Assembly: GCA_017428085.1 (NCBI GenBank)
Contig: JAFRRP010000069.1
Location: 3,088 to 67,087, forward strand
Direction: 5' to 3'
Source: Clostridia bacterium
Lineage (GTDB): Bacteria > Bacillota > Clostridia > Oscillospirales > Acutalibacteraceae
DNA length: 64,000 nt
The position numbers and the translations under genes are program-made. Below are positions 18,560-29,668 of the stretch, one piece after another. Every line of letters starts with the position of its first letter. The first letter of the stretch is position 1. The notes under the pieces were generated by a model. That model was given only the letters and a program-made list of their open reading frames with translations, made no database searches and was not told the origin of the DNA.

Positions 18560-19534
18560 TCAGTCGCCGCGCAGCGCCCGCAGGTGACAGCGATCCACCA
18601 GCAGGAACTCTCTGGCGGTCATGCACACGGCAAAGCCGATGGTGCCGCCCACCAGCACGTCGGAGAAGAAATGCGCGCCCACCATGATCCGGCTGACGGC
18701 CACGATCCCCGTGAACAGGATGGCGAAGCACCACAGCAGCGCGCGGCGGCGCTTGCATTTCACGCCCATCACGTCCGCCAGCGCGATCAGGTAGAACGTC
18801 GCGGCGGCGGCGCGGGTGTGGCCGCTGGGAAAGCTCTTGAAGGCGTCCGACGTGCCGAAGGTCGCACGCATCCATTCCTTGTCCGGCTGGCCCCCCGCCA
18901 CGTACCAGCGGGTGTAGCCGGAATAATCGCCGATCACGTTCATGGCCCGGTAGCGCATCCGGCCCATGGGGTTCTTGATGACCTGCACCAGCAGGATGGC
19001 GAACACGATGGCCCCCATGGTGACGCAGGCGAAACGCGGCAGCTTTTTCAGCGTGTCGTCCGAAAAGCGGCTTACCGCGAACAGCGTCAGCACGGCGCAG
19101 AACACCGCCAGAAACGCCGCGATCCCCCACAGAAACGCGGGCACACCCTTAAAGGACGGGCCGCCCTCCGGCACCTGCACGTGGCGGCAGACGTACTCGA
19201 ACATGTCGGAAAACTCCCACAGGTACAGCCCCACGGTGGCCGCGCCGCCGGTGATCACCAAAAGCGTGCGCACCGCGCCGGGCTTTACGATGCGCAGCGC
19301 CCACATGGTCAGCATGGCCGCGCACAGGGCAGACAGCAGCAGCTCCGGGCAGGTGCCGATGCACTCGAACACCACGCCGAACACGCCGGTGGCGTAATAC
19401 TGTCCCGGGGGCAGCGTGCCTTTGGTCAGGATTCGGCTCACCTGCAGGTCGGTGAACGTGGCGGCCAGCAGCAGCCCGCCGAAGATCGCCGCGAACAATA
19501 CCAGCGACAAAATCGTTTTCTTCTTCAACGTCAT
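18560..19534 (-). CDS. PAP2-family membrane phosphatase
   Basis: Motifs KNPMGRMRYR, SFPSGHT and SRIMVGAHFFSD follow the PAP2 pattern KxxxxxxRP / PSGH / SRxxxxxHxxxD, and there are multiple TM helices. AAAGGACG RBS before ATG 19534. The ORF-track start at 19597 is probably too far upstream. Confidence 0.75.
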   Translation of the reverse strand: MTLKKKTILSLVLFAAIFGGLLLAATFTDLQVSRILTKGTLPPGQYYATGVFGVVFECIGTCPELLLSALCAAMLTMWALRIVKPGAVRTLLVITGGAATVGLYLWEFSDMFEYVCRHVQVPEGGPSFKGVPAFLWGIAAFLAVFCAVLTLFAVSRFSDDTLKKLPRFACVTMGAIVFAILLVQVIKNPMGRMRYRAMNVIGDYSGYTRWYVAGGQPDKEWMRATFGTSDAFKSFPSGHTRAAAATFYLIALADVMGVKCKRRRALLWCFAILFTGIVAVSRIMVGAHFFSDVLVGGTIGFAVCMTAREFLLVDRCHLRALRGD

Positions 19535-19741
19535 TTTCACACGTCCTTTCAAGCAGTTGGATAACACTATTATAGCATCCGCCGCGCCGAAAAACAATGC
19601 CGTTCACATTTTTCTTTTTGCGAACGGCGTGAGACACTTGACAAAACGGCGCCTTTTCTGCAAAATAGATAGGGAAGCTTGTTGTTCCATTTTTATTGTT
19701 TATCATCATTCCGCTAAGAGGGTGAGGTTATCAAAAACCCA

Positions 19742-21208
19742 TTGGCCTATTTCTTTTCCCGCGACGGGGATGAGGAGCGCCCGTCCAACCGGGAGATCCT
19801 TTTTTACGCCGTGGGCGCCACCGGGCAGAACATGTCCGCCGGTTTCATCACCGGCAGGGTGACCTATTTCTATGAGAACCATGCCGTCCCCGGAAAATCC
19901 GCCCATTACGCGGGCAAGATCATGACGGCTTCCATCGTCTGGGACGCCGTCAACGATATCCTTGTGGGCACCTTTGTGGACAGAAAAAAGCACAGACCCT
20001 ATCAGAAGATGCGCCCGTACCTGCTGTATCTGCCGCCTGTCATCGGCCTGCTCAGCGCCGCCATGTTCGTGACGGTGTTCTCCGGCGACATGCTGCGGCT
20101 GGTCTGGCTGGTGGCCTGTTACTTCTGTTGGGACCTTCTTTATTCGTTCCAGGAGACCGGCATGTGGGGAATGCTGCCGCTGTCCTCGCCGCATTCCGCC
20201 GTGCGCGCCCGCGTGACGCAGTGGGTGACCATCGGCGCAAATCTGGGCGGGTATTTGCCCAAGGCGTTTCCCGTGGCCTGGGACCTGTTAGAGAAGAACG
20301 GCATGGACGAAAAGACGATCTTCGTGCTGTTCGCCTTCCTGTTCGGCCTGGGCGGGGAACTTGTCTCGCTGCGGGCCGCCTCCTTCCGGGAACGGATCGA
20401 TTCCCCTGCGGCGGAAGAGGAGAGCTTCCTGAAGTCCATCGCCGTGCTGCGCCACAATCCCAAGCTGCTGCTGATCGGCGCGGCGAAAACCATCCATGAG
20501 GTCTATCCTCGCATCAACCGGACTTATTTTTATCAATCCGCATTCCGCGAGACGGGCGCCATGGGCGGCGGTACCGCGGAGACAATGTATGAAACGATCT
20601 CCAGTATCCCCGGCGCGCTGTCGGTGTTCTTTGCCAACCGGCTTATCAGTAAATTCGGCGGCATGAAGCGGGCGCTGGTCATTTCGCAGATCGCCATCAT
20701 CTCCGCCCGGTTCATCGCCTACGTGGTGGGGATCCTGCCGGGCTGCCGCTACGATACGGTACACGGGTATCTCGTCATGTGCTGCATCATCGGGATCAGC
20801 AGCGCCTTTACCAGCTTTATGGAGATCGCCCATCGCTCGCTGATCAACGACTCCATCGACGAGGTGGAGCTGAAGACCGGCCTGCGGACGGAGGGCATTT
20901 CCGCCTCCGCCATCAACTTTGCCCGCAAGATCACCAACAGCCTGCAGTCGCTGATCATGAACCTGACGCTGTACCGCTTCCTCGGCTACAACGCGGTCCC
21001 CGGCGATAAGGATTACATCAACCACCAAAGCGAAAAGTTCTACCGCTGGCAGTACCCCATCTTCATGCTGGGGCCTGTCGTGGGCGAGGCGCTGTACGTG
21101 GTCATTATCCTGTTCGTCAAGGACGACCGTGCGCGTCAGGACGAGATCGAGAGGCTGTTGGCGGAGAGACGCAAAAAGGCCTCCCCGCAGACCTCCACCC
21201 GCGTCTGA
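19742..21208 (+). CDS. GPH/MFS-type glycoside-cation symporter
   Basis: About 12 predicted hydrophobic segments. The N-terminus REILFYAVGATGQNMSAGFITG is like MelB/GPH transporters. The TTG start is uncertain. Confidence 0.7.
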   Translation: MAYFFSRDGDEERPSNREILFYAVGATGQNMSAGFITGRVTYFYENHAVPGKSAHYAGKIMTASIVWDAVNDILVGTFVDRKKHRPYQKMRPYLLYLPPVIGLLSAAMFVTVFSGDMLRLVWLVACYFCWDLLYSFQETGMWGMLPLSSPHSAVRARVTQWVTIGANLGGYLPKAFPVAWDLLEKNGMDEKTIFVLFAFLFGLGGELVSLRAASFRERIDSPAAEEESFLKSIAVLRHNPKLLLIGAAKTIHEVYPRINRTYFYQSAFRETGAMGGGTAETMYETISSIPGALSVFFANRLISKFGGMKRALVISQIAIISARFIAYVVGILPGCRYDTVHGYLVMCCIIGISSAFTSFMEIAHRSLINDSIDEVELKTGLRTEGISASAINFARKITNSLQSLIMNLTLYRFLGYNAVPGDKDYINHQSEKFYRWQYPIFMLGPVVGEALYVVIILFVKDDRARQDEIERLLAERRKKASPQTSTRV

Positions 21209-21278
21209 AACGCTCCGCTTCATAAACAGCCTGATTGAAATACCGCAGCACGGAGCCCCCGCTCCGTCGATTGAAAAA

Positions 21279-21327
21279 ACCGCCCCCGGAAACTGCGCCG
21301 TCGCAGTCCGGAAGCGGTCTGTTTTTA
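21279..21327 (+). terminator. Hairpin terminator after the symporter (overlaps the thpR stop)
   Basis: Interrupted GC-rich stem ACCGC..CCGG..ACTGCG / CGCAGT..CCGG..GCGGT followed by CTGTTTTT. Confidence 0.4.
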
Positions 21328-21840
21328 TCTTTGCGTATATACCGCGGTATACTGCGGCGTTTCGCCGGAGAGGTCGGAGGACATGAGGCGGACTTCCTTC
21401 ACCGGCAGCCGCAGGCCGCGCAGCTCTCGCTCGGAGGGGGACAGCCGGAAATCGGGGCAGGGGAGCGCCGTCTTCCGGCACAGCGTGATGTGCGGCCGAA
21501 ACGCCTGCCGGTCGTACTTGATCCCCGCCTCGTCCAGCGAATCCCGCAGCGCCCGCGCATATCGCTCCAGCGCGTCGTTGGGTCGGAACAGGGCGACAAG
21601 TACGTCCCCGAACAGCGTCAGCCTGTCAAAACGCAGCGCTGTTTTGGGTACGGGCACGCGACGCATCGCCGCGATCACCGGCGCGGGGTCCTCCACGTTT
21701 CCCAAAAACGCCAGCGTCAGGTGATGGTTCTCCGGCGGCGTGAACCGTCCGCGTACCCCTTTCCTTCGCAGCGCCGCCTGCGTTTCTTCCAGCGTCCGCC
21801 GCGCGTCGGCCGTCACCGGCAGCGCGATAAACGACCGCAT
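21325..21840 (-). CDS. thpR: RNA 2',3'-cyclic phosphodiesterase (2H phosphoesterase)
   Basis: Two HxT/S motifs are present (HHLTLAFLG and PHITLCRK), with the size and spacing typical of ThpR/LigT. Confidence 0.85.
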   Translation of the reverse strand: MRSFIALPVTADARRTLEETQAALRRKGVRGRFTPPENHHLTLAFLGNVEDPAPVIAAMRRVPVPKTALRFDRLTLFGDVLVALFRPNDALERYARALRDSLDEAGIKYDRQAFRPHITLCRKTALPCPDFRLSPSERELRGLRLPVKEVRLMSSDLSGETPQYTAVYTQR

Positions 21841-22035
21841 GTCTTACACCCGCCTTTCCCTCTGATCTTCCTTTTCAGTATAACGGCTCCGGGGGAGGAT
21901 GTCAACGCGTCCCGCTGCGGCGCCGATCGCTTTTTATCGCTTTTCACGGGAAACAGCGCCCATGCAGCAACCGGTTTTCGATGCGGAAAACGCCGCCTTG
22001 ACAAAAAGAAAAAAGACGGGTATCGCGATCCGCTA

Positions 22036-22064
22036 TTGCAAACGCGCTTGAAATCGCTTACAAT
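22036..22064 (+). promoter_or_regulatory. Sigma-70-type promoter
   Basis: TTGCAA (22036-22041), 17-nt spacer, TACAAT (22059-22064), upstream of the phosphodiesterase gene. Confidence 0.45.
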
Positions 22065-22098
22065 AGAGATATGAAAAACACCGGAAGGGGGATCATTC

Positions 22099-23118
22099 AT
22101 GAAAAAGACAACCAAAATCATTCTCTGCGTGCTGGCGGCCGTGCTGCTCATCGGCGGCGTTGTGGGCGGCTACGTGGGGTACAATCTTACCTACCACCCC
22201 AGCAAGTGGATGGCGGAGGGCGACGACGCGCTGCCGGAGATGGAGTTCGAGAAAGCGCTCGGGGAACTGACCATGCTCTCCAACACCTGGGAGGAAGCCC
22301 TGCCGCAGACCGAGATCTACAACCTGATCAAGGACCATTTCAACGCGCCTCTGCCGGAGGGCAAGACCGCGAAAAAGGCCATCGTGATCGGCTACGACGG
22401 CTGCCGCGTGGATACCCTGCGGCTGCTGCCCACGTCGAAACGCAGCGCCATCAACCACCTGCTGGAGCAGGGCGGGCAGGGCGTGTTCAGCTATTGCGGC
22501 GGCGTGATGTTTCCGGAGGAGAACATTCAGAAGACCTCCACCGCGCCGGGCTGGTGCTCCATGCTCATCGGCGCGTGGGCGAATGAGATCGGCGTGGACA
22601 ACAACGGTCAACCCAAGCCTCTTGAACCGAAGACTCTGCTGCTCTCGCTGGTGGAGGACGGCACGATTGGAAAGAGCGCTTTCTACGTGTCGTGGGACGG
22701 CCATTTCAGCAAAAAGGACGCCACCTACATCAACGAAAAGAACTACGCCAAAGAAAACGGCGTCGACGCCACCTTCCTGCGCGCGTTCTTTGACGCGGGC
22801 ACCAAGCGCAATATCCTTGCCGATATCAAAAGGGAGAACTGCTCCGACTTTATCTTCCTGACGCTGGAATACACCGACCATCAGGGGCATAACTCCGGCT
22901 TCGGCCCGCAGAACGTGAGATACGTCAGCGCTTTCCGCGACGCGGAGGCCGCGGGCATGGACATCATCGAGGCCATTGAGGCCCGCAAGACCTTCGCTGC
23001 GGAGGACTGGCTGATCCTTATCACCACCGACCACGGCGGTAACGGCGGCGGCCACGGCGGCCCCAGCTTTGAGGAGCGCATGACGTTCATCTTCTCCAAC
23101 AAAGCGATCCTCAAATAA
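22099..23118 (+). CDS. Membrane-anchored alkaline-phosphatase-superfamily enzyme (nucleotide pyrophosphatase/phosphodiesterase-like)
   Basis: N-terminal TM helix IILCVLAAVLLIGGVVGGYVGY. Metal-site-like motifs GYDGCR, YTDHQGHN and ITTDHGGNGGGHGG. GGAAGGGGGA RBS. Confidence 0.65.
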   Translation: MKKTTKIILCVLAAVLLIGGVVGGYVGYNLTYHPSKWMAEGDDALPEMEFEKALGELTMLSNTWEEALPQTEIYNLIKDHFNAPLPEGKTAKKAIVIGYDGCRVDTLRLLPTSKRSAINHLLEQGGQGVFSYCGGVMFPEENIQKTSTAPGWCSMLIGAWANEIGVDNNGQPKPLEPKTLLLSLVEDGTIGKSAFYVSWDGHFSKKDATYINEKNYAKENGVDATFLRAFFDAGTKRNILADIKRENCSDFIFLTLEYTDHQGHNSGFGPQNVRYVSAFRDAEAAGMDIIEAIEARKTFAAEDWLILITTDHGGNGGGHGGPSFEERMTFIFSNKAILK

Positions 23119-23179
23119 CACGGGACTTTGTCAAACTGTCATGCTGTCGGTTTCCCGGCAGCATTGTTTTTTCGGGGTT

Positions 23180-23746
23180 TTACAGCGCCACGTTCGTCAG
23201 CGCGGAGCTGTTCAGCGTGAACAGCAGCTCCACCAGCTCCGGTACGGCGGCGGCGTAGTCCGAACGGATCCACTGGGTGAGGATGCCGAAGCTGCCGTTG
23301 AGCAGATAGGAATAGATATACTGCTGCTTCTCGTCGTCCATCGTCAGCTGCATATGCTCGAACAGGTTCAGCAGCGACAGCTGCATGAACCGGCTCTTGA
23401 AGGCGGGGTCGGCCGCCGTGACCAGCAGCACGCGGAACACCCTGTCGTTGTCGCGGACGTACCGCAGAAAGGACGAGATGAATTCCTTGCCGCCGCCCTT
23501 CATCTGCGCGCCGATCCTTTTGATGTGCTCCGCGGTCTCGGTCAGGATCTCTTCCTCCGCTTCCACAAGCACCTCCCGCGGTTCGGCGTAGTGGGCGTAA
23601 AACGTGGAACGGTTCAGCTCCGCTTTGGCGCACAGCTCCCGCACGGAGATCTTTTCGATGCCGCCCTTTTCCTCCAGCAGCTCCAATACCGCGTTTTGGA
23701 ACATTTTTTTTGAAAGCCGCGTGCGCTGGTTATCTTTTACGTTCAT
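23180..23746 (-). CDS. TetR/AcrR-family transcriptional regulator
   Basis: The N-terminal HTH ISVRELCAKAELNRSTFYAHY is the TetR signature. The gene is divergent from the downstream transporter/GH78 cluster. Confidence 0.85.
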   Translation of the reverse strand: MNVKDNQRTRLSKKMFQNAVLELLEEKGGIEKISVRELCAKAELNRSTFYAHYAEPREVLVEAEEEILTETAEHIKRIGAQMKGGGKEFISSFLRYVRDNDRVFRVLLVTAADPAFKSRFMQLSLLNLFEHMQLTMDDEKQQYIYSYLLNGSFGILTQWIRSDYAAAVPELVELLFTLNSSALTNVAL

Positions 23747-23888
23747 TTCATTATCCCGTCACTTTCCGGTCGTTTTGTCGGGTTCGTCGCCAAAATTATC
23801 AAAACTGATGATTGCAGAACCGACATTTTGTCTGTATAATGGAATTGTACCGCAGAACGGCGGATTTGTCAAGTGAGGAGACGCCCAG

Positions 23889-24299
23889 ATGAAAAGAATA
23901 AGATGGAACAAGAAGACAACGCTGTCTGTTATCGCGGTCGTTCTGATCGTCGCGCTCGGCTTTGTATTATGTCAGCAGTTCGTCTATTTTGACGGCGCTT
24001 ACGTTCCCTCCGTGGATACCTCCGACAGCTTCGGCGAGTTTTCCTACCCCTCCGGCGAGATGCGGGGCGCGTTCGCGGGCTGGAACAGAAAGCTGAACGG
24101 GTACGAAAAAGATCAGACCGGTCAGGCAAAGCTGTACGCGGACGTCATCCGATGGGGCAAAACGCACGGGCTTGCGGGCATTCGCTACTGGGCGCCGGAT
24201 TATGAGGGATGGTACGGCATGAGCATGTTTGAATTTGAGAACAAAACGGGAACGGCAAAAGAGATCCTTACCGATCACGCGGACTTTACCAAAGAATAA
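23889..24299 (+). CDS. Small membrane-anchored/secreted hypothetical protein
   Basis: GAGGAG RBS and signal-anchor [17 protein letters not shown]. The tail [21 protein letters not shown] faintly resembles the last strands of (beta/alpha)8 glycanases, so it could be a truncated remnant. Confidence 0.45.
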   Translation: MKRIRWNKKTTLSVIAVVLIVALGFVLCQQFVYFDGAYVPSVDTSDSFGEFSYPSGEMRGAFAGWNRKLNGYEKDQTGQAKLYADVIRWGKTHGLAGIRYWAPDYEGWYGMSMFEFENKTGTAKEILTDHADFTKE

Positions 24300-24354
24300 A
24301 TCCTGTAAGAATCGTAAAAACAGCAACAGACAAGAGAAAGAGAGGATCCCCCCC

Positions 24355-25905
24355 ATGAAACTGATGAACAGCCCGCTGCTGCGCAGCCGCGTAACGAGCG
24401 AAAGCGTGACCAAAAGCGAAAAATGGCTCGGCTATCTGTTGGGCCCCGCCGGGGCGTTGCTGCTCAACGCCGTGCTGGCCACCTACCTCAACGTCTACTA
24501 CACCGACGTGCTGAACCTGACGCCGCTGTGGGGCGGCGCGTTCCTGACCGTGTTCCCGATCGTCTCCAAGATCCTCGACGCGATCACGAACGTGGTGATG
24601 GGGCAGATCATCGACCGCACGAAGACCAAAGAGGGCAAGGCGCGGCCGTGGCTGCTGCTGTCGGCATTCCTTGTTCCGATCACCGCCGTCCTGCTGTTTA
24701 CCGTTCCCGAAAGCAGCGATACGGTGAAGGCGATCTGGGTGATGATCTCCTACAACCTGTTCTACTCCTTCGCCTATACCATTTTCAATATGAGCCACAA
24801 CCTGATGGTGCCGCTTTCCACCCGCGACGGCACCGCCCGGGGAGGTCTTTCCGTCTTCAACCAGATCACCACCATCATGATGAGCGGTATCCTTGTGGCG
24901 CTGGTGTTCCCCATGGTCGTCATGCCCATGATCGGCGTGGACAAGTCCAAGTGGATCACGCTGATGACCATCCTTTCCATCCTCGCCCTGCCGCTGACGC
25001 TGTTGGAATACTTCTTCACCAAAGAGCGCGTGACGGAAGAAGCCGCCGCTGCCGAAGAGAAGAGCAAGCTGCCGTTCGTCAGGCAGCTCGGGATTTTGTT
25101 CACAGACAAATACATGATCCTCATGTACGCCTATTTCCTGATCTATACCATCGGCGTGACGCTGAAGAACCTCGGCCTTGTGTATTACTGCAACTACGTG
25201 CTGGGCACGTATAACGACGGCATCACGCAGATGCTGGTCTCCGTCATCGGCGGCATCCCCATGGGCATCGGCATTTTCGCCGTGTGGCCGCTGGCCAAAA
25301 AGTTCGGCAAGCGCAACGTCACCATGGTGGGCTTTATCCTCTATGCCGCCGGTTCGCTGATCTGCTGGATCTTCTCCCACAACCTCGTGATCGTGCTGAT
25401 CGGCCAGTTCATCAAAAATATCGGCGGCCTGCCCTGCGCCTACGTGTTCATGGCGCTGTTCGCCGACTGCCTCGACCATCTGGAATGGAAAAAGGACCTG
25501 CGCATGGACGGCGCGGCCATGTCCATCTATAACATCATCGCGGTGGCCATGGTGGGCATCATGACAGGCGTGTTCAACTGGATGCTGGCAAAGGCCGGTT
25601 ACCTTGCGCCCATCACCGCGAACAGCGTCACGGAGGCCGCCTCCAAACTGGCGGAAAACGGCTGGACTGCGCAGCTGGCGCTGGAGGAGCTGAAGCCCGC
25701 CGCGGACGGCGTATTGACCGTGGCCATGCAGCAGCCGGACAAAGTCAACTGGGTGATCTCCTTCGCCTTTGTGGGGCTGGAGGTGTTCACCGGCGTTGCG
25801 CTGGCGGCGATCCTGTTTTTCCTGAACGTGGAGAAAAAGCTCCCGCAGGAGCAGGCGGAGATCAAAGCGCGGCATGAAAAAACGGCGGAGGAGAGCGAAG
25901 CATGA
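24355..25905 (+). CDS. GPH-family sugar:cation symporter
   Basis: [35 protein letters not shown] plus about 12 TM segments. ATG 24355 is preceded by a purine-rich RBS. The ORF-track extension from 24229 is K/R-rich junk. The stop overlaps the GH78 start (ATGA at 25902-25905). Confidence 0.8.
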   Translation: MKLMNSPLLRSRVTSESVTKSEKWLGYLLGPAGALLLNAVLATYLNVYYTDVLNLTPLWGGAFLTVFPIVSKILDAITNVVMGQIIDRTKTKEGKARPWLLLSAFLVPITAVLLFTVPESSDTVKAIWVMISYNLFYSFAYTIFNMSHNLMVPLSTRDGTARGGLSVFNQITTIMMSGILVALVFPMVVMPMIGVDKSKWITLMTILSILALPLTLLEYFFTKERVTEEAAAAEEKSKLPFVRQLGILFTDKYMILMYAYFLIYTIGVTLKNLGLVYYCNYVLGTYNDGITQMLVSVIGGIPMGIGIFAVWPLAKKFGKRNVTMVGFILYAAGSLICWIFSHNLVIVLIGQFIKNIGGLPCAYVFMALFADCLDHLEWKKDLRMDGAAMSIYNIIAVAMVGIMTGVFNWMLAKAGYLAPITANSVTEAASKLAENGWTAQLALEELKPAADGVLTVAMQQPDKVNWVISFAFVGLEVFTGVALAAILFFLNVEKKLPQEQAEIKARHEKTAEESEA

Positions 25906-28427
25906 TAGCTGTCAACTTAAGGACGGAATACCTGACAAACCCCCTCGGCATCGATATCGCCAACCCACGCGTGTTCTGGAACTGCGAGGGCGGGGTGAAG
26001 CAGACCGCCTACCGGATCGTCAGCGAAAAGTGGGATACCGGCAGGGTGGAAAGCGACAGCATGCGCGCGCAGTACCCGCTGACACTGGTCTCCGGCGAAC
26101 GGGTCAATTACAGGATCAAGCTGTGGGACGAAAACGGCGAAGAGGGCGAATGGAGCGAGCCCGCCTTCTTCGAAATGGGGCTGCTGCGGGCCTCCCGCTG
26201 GCAGGCGAAATGGATCACGGGCGATTACGCTGTGAATAAAAGAAAGCGCTATCCCGTGGATTGCTTCAAAAAGGAGTTTTCTCTCAAAGGGAAGGTCGCT
26301 TCCGCGCGGCTGTATATCACCGCCTGCGGGCTGTACTGCGCGTCGCTCAACGGCGAACGCGTTTCCATGCCGCTTGCGCCCGGGATCACCGATTACCGCA
26401 AACGCGTGCAATATCAGACTTACGACGTCACCGCCCTGCTGCGGGAAGAAAACGCCCTGACCGTGGAGCTGGCCGACGGCTGGTACCGCGGCTCCGTCGG
26501 CGCGTGGGGGATCACCAACCAGTACGGGACCGAAACGAAGTTGCTGGCCCAATTGGAGATCGTCTACGGGGACGGCGGCAAAGAAACCATCGTTACGGAC
26601 GAAAGCTGGCGGTGGTCCGACGACGGCCCCGTCCGCTTTGCCGACAACAAGGACGGCGAGACCGTGGACGCCCGCATGACGCCCTCATATGCGGGACGCG
26701 CGAAGGTCACTTCGCACCCCGTCACGCCCACCGCCTCCAACAACGTACCGGTCGCGGAGAAAGAGACCTTCCGGGGGACCATGACGGTCACGCCCTCCGG
26801 CAGGAAGCTGATCGACTTCGGGCAGAACATCGCCGGGTATATTGCCTTCAAAGTGAACGCCAAAGCCGGGCAGAAGCTCACGTTCCGTTTCGGCGAGCTG
26901 GTAAAGGACGGCGAGCTGTACCAGAAGAACATCCAGCTTTCCTTTGGGAAAAAGACGACGCCCCTGCAAAGAATAGAATATACCTGCAAGGACGGCGTGA
27001 ACGAATATAAAACGAAATTCGCCATTTTCGGCTTTCAGTACGCGGAGATCGAAACGGACGCGGAGATCACGGCAGACGACGTGACGTCGATCGCGGTGTA
27101 TTCCGATCTGGAGGAGACCGGCGCGTTCCGGTGCTCCAACGAGCTGCTGAACCGCTTTGTGGAGGCCACGCGCTGGTCCACCAAAAACAACAGCGCCGAC
27201 CTGCCCACGGACTGCCCCACGCGGGAACGCCACGGTTGGCTGGGCGACGCGCAGATCTTTGTGGAAACGGCCAGTTACCTGTTTAATTATCTGCCCTTCG
27301 CGCGCAAATTCGAGAACGACGTCTGCGACGCGCAGCACAAAAACGGCTGCTTCACGCAGATCGCGCCCACCGGCGGCGTGGATTTCTATATGAGCCCCAT
27401 GGACGGCTCCGCCGGATGGTCGGACGCGGGCGTGTTCATCCCGTACCGGCTGTACCGGCAGTACGGCGACGTGGCCATGCTGACGGCATACTATGACAAC
27501 ATGCGGTGCTTTGCGGAGTATAAGATATCGACGCTGGGCAGGCCGTACCCCACCGCCGTGCCGACCGGGATCGATATCAGGTACGCAAGGTACATTTCCA
27601 ACTACGGCCAGAGCTACGGCGAGTGGGCGGAACCGGCGGACGTGAACGCCTTCGGCGTTTCGGATTTCGTCGCTCCCCACCCGGAGGAGACCACGGCGTA
27701 CATCGTGGTGCTGATGGAGACCATGGCCGAGATCGCGGAGCTCCTTGACAAGCCCGACGATAAAGAACGGTACCTTTCGTACGCGGAAAAAGCGCGGCGC
27801 GGCTATCAGAAGCTGGTGGAGACCAAAAAGTATTCTCTCGATACCGACCGGCAGGCAAAGCTGGTGCGCCCGCTGTATTTCCATCTGCTGGATGAGGAAC
27901 GGACCGCCTACGCGAAACAGCGCCTGCTCACGGCGCTGGACAACTACGGCTGGCGGCTGGGCACGGGCTTCCTCTCCACGCCCCTGATCCTCTACGTGCT
28001 GGCGGAGATGGATATCGAATACGCCTACCGGCTGCTGGAAAACGAGGAGATCCCCGGCTGGCTCTCCATGCCCAAGGCCGGCGCCAACACCGTATGGGAG
28101 GCGTGGGAAGGCCCCAACTCCGTCGGCGGCGGCATCGGCAGCCTGAACCACTATTCCAAAGGCGCGGTGGTGGAATGGCTGTTCAAGGAAATGTGCGGCA
28201 TCCGCGCGGCGGGCGAAAATCACTTTGTCATCGCGCCAAAGCCCGGCGGCAGCTTCACCTTCGCAAACGCCGCCTACCAAAGCGTTTACGGTACGGTGAA
28301 AAGCGGCTGGAAAAAAACCGAAGACGGCTGTCGGTATGAAATAACCATCCCGTCCAACTGCACGGCGGAGATTTTGCTGCCGGACGGCACGTCAAAGAAC
28401 GTCGCGGCGGGCAGCTATCAATTTTGA
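25902..28427 (+). CDS. Alpha-L-rhamnosidase, GH78
   Basis: N-terminus [21 protein letters not shown], then [20 protein letters not shown], and catalytic-domain motifs [19 protein letters not shown] and WEAWEG are classic GH78. Confidence 0.85.
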   Translation: MIAVNLRTEYLTNPLGIDIANPRVFWNCEGGVKQTAYRIVSEKWDTGRVESDSMRAQYPLTLVSGERVNYRIKLWDENGEEGEWSEPAFFEMGLLRASRWQAKWITGDYAVNKRKRYPVDCFKKEFSLKGKVASARLYITACGLYCASLNGERVSMPLAPGITDYRKRVQYQTYDVTALLREENALTVELADGWYRGSVGAWGITNQYGTETKLLAQLEIVYGDGGKETIVTDESWRWSDDGPVRFADNKDGETVDARMTPSYAGRAKVTSHPVTPTASNNVPVAEKETFRGTMTVTPSGRKLIDFGQNIAGYIAFKVNAKAGQKLTFRFGELVKDGELYQKNIQLSFGKKTTPLQRIEYTCKDGVNEYKTKFAIFGFQYAEIETDAEITADDVTSIAVYSDLEETGAFRCSNELLNRFVEATRWSTKNNSADLPTDCPTRERHGWLGDAQIFVETASYLFNYLPFARKFENDVCDAQHKNGCFTQIAPTGGVDFYMSPMDGSAGWSDAGVFIPYRLYRQYGDVAMLTAYYDNMRCFAEYKISTLGRPYPTAVPTGIDIRYARYISNYGQSYGEWAEPADVNAFGVSDFVAPHPEETTAYIVVLMETMAEIAELLDKPDDKERYLSYAEKARRGYQKLVETKKYSLDTDRQAKLVRPLYFHLLDEERTAYAKQRLLTALDNYGWRLGTGFLSTPLILYVLAEMDIEYAYRLLENEEIPGWLSMPKAGANTVWEAWEGPNSVGGGIGSLNHYSKGAVVEWLFKEMCGIRAAGENHFVIAPKPGGSFTFANAAYQSVYGTVKSGWKKTEDGCRYEITIPSNCTAEILLPDGTSKNVAAGSYQF

Positions 28428-28453
28428 AGGAATACGCATTGAGGAAAAGCATC

Positions 28454-29356
28454 ATGAGCAAAAAAACCATCGTCATTCTCACTTCCGTTTTATCCGCGAT
28501 CCTTGTGATCTCGCTGATCGTTTCCCTGACGCGGCCGGTGGCCGTGGACGTGAAGCTGTCGACCCCGATCGCGGTGCGGCAGAACGCGCCCTCCGCGTCC
28601 TCTTCCGCGCAGCCCGTCGCCGCGACGGCCCCGCAGACCGCCGCCGCACCGGCGCAGGACGAACCCGATCCCGTTCCCGCCGCACCGGCGCAGGCGCAGG
28701 CGACGCAGGAGACGGCGCAGCAGTCCGACGGCGCCATGTCCAAAGAGCAGATCGTGGAGCTTTACAACACGGCTGTCAACAAGGTAAAAAAAGAGGCCGC
28801 GTCGCTGACGAGGAATTACAAGCACGTTTCCGCCCCGGAGAGTCAGTTGGAGCTGCCAAGCGCCATTCAGGGCATCGGCAAGACCGCCATCGGCACCTTC
28901 GTGAAGGGCACGGATGCCCCTGAATCCTGGACCAGCAAAGAGGATATGCAGATCGTGTTCCCCGTGGGGAATACGGATTATTCCTCGCACCTGACGGCGG
29001 ATATGGTGGAAACGGCGACCTGCGAGGATACCGGTAGCGCTTATAAAATCACCATTAAGCTGTACGACGACAAGCTCACCAGCCCGGCAAAAGGGGAGGG
29101 CTACGCGGGCGTGTTCAACACCGTCACCGCCTCCACCTTTTCGGAGATCAACATCCCCACCGTCACCTTCAACCGTGTGGATATCAACGGCGTGGGCGGT
29201 TCCATTTCGTGTACGGTCGATAAAGCGACCCAGCGCGTGACGGAGATCACCTTTACCGAAACGGATATCCTGAAGCTGGAGGTCAAGGTGCTCATCAGCA
29301 CGCTGAACGTAAAGCTTGCCCTTGCCACGGAAGAGAACTACGCCGTTACCTATTGA
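28454..29356 (+). CDS. Secreted/membrane-anchored hypothetical protein with an Ala/Pro/Gln-rich linker
   Basis: GAGGAAAAG RBS and signal-anchor IVILTSVLSAILVISLIVSL. A low-complexity linker PSASSSAQPVAATAPQTAAAPAQDEPDPVPAAPAQAQATQE is followed by a globular domain with no recognisable motif. Confidence 0.6.
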   Translation: MSKKTIVILTSVLSAILVISLIVSLTRPVAVDVKLSTPIAVRQNAPSASSSAQPVAATAPQTAAAPAQDEPDPVPAAPAQAQATQETAQQSDGAMSKEQIVELYNTAVNKVKKEAASLTRNYKHVSAPESQLELPSAIQGIGKTAIGTFVKGTDAPESWTSKEDMQIVFPVGNTDYSSHLTADMVETATCEDTGSAYKITIKLYDDKLTSPAKGEGYAGVFNTVTASTFSEINIPTVTFNRVDINGVGGSISCTVDKATQRVTEITFTETDILKLEVKVLISTLNVKLALATEENYAVTY

Positions 29357-29457
29357 GGGCCCTTTCCGATCATACAGCTCCGTTTGACGCAACCGCGCGC
29401 GGGGCTGAAATAACTCGTGCAAATCGAGCGGCAGCACGGCAGATCTCTGCCGTTTCA

Positions 29458-29508
29458 CAAAAAAAACGCGGGTATATGGCGGTGCTTCGCCATATACCCC
29501 GTTTTTTG
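29458..29508. terminator. Bidirectional terminator between convergent genes
   Basis: Perfect 12-bp stem GGGTATATGGCG / CGCCATATACCC, flanked by an A8 run and a T6 run. Confidence 0.75.
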
Positions 29509-29668
29509 TGATCGTTTTTATCCGATTTGTTCAATTGAACGCAAGGATACCGTAGCGTCGGAACCTTGACCGGGCTTTTTTTACAGCCCCTTTTTTCGTT
29601 TTCGGCCGATCGCCGCTTTCTCTGCGCGTCAGCTTTTTTTGCCGGTCGGAAGCGCCCGCCGGCCTGTC

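Noticed and set aside
24286-28280. Minus-strand ORFs 24286-25875 and 26685-28280
   Set aside because: They are antisense to the GPH symporter and GH78 genes. They are His/Arg/Gly/Asp-rich with no hydrophobic core pattern.
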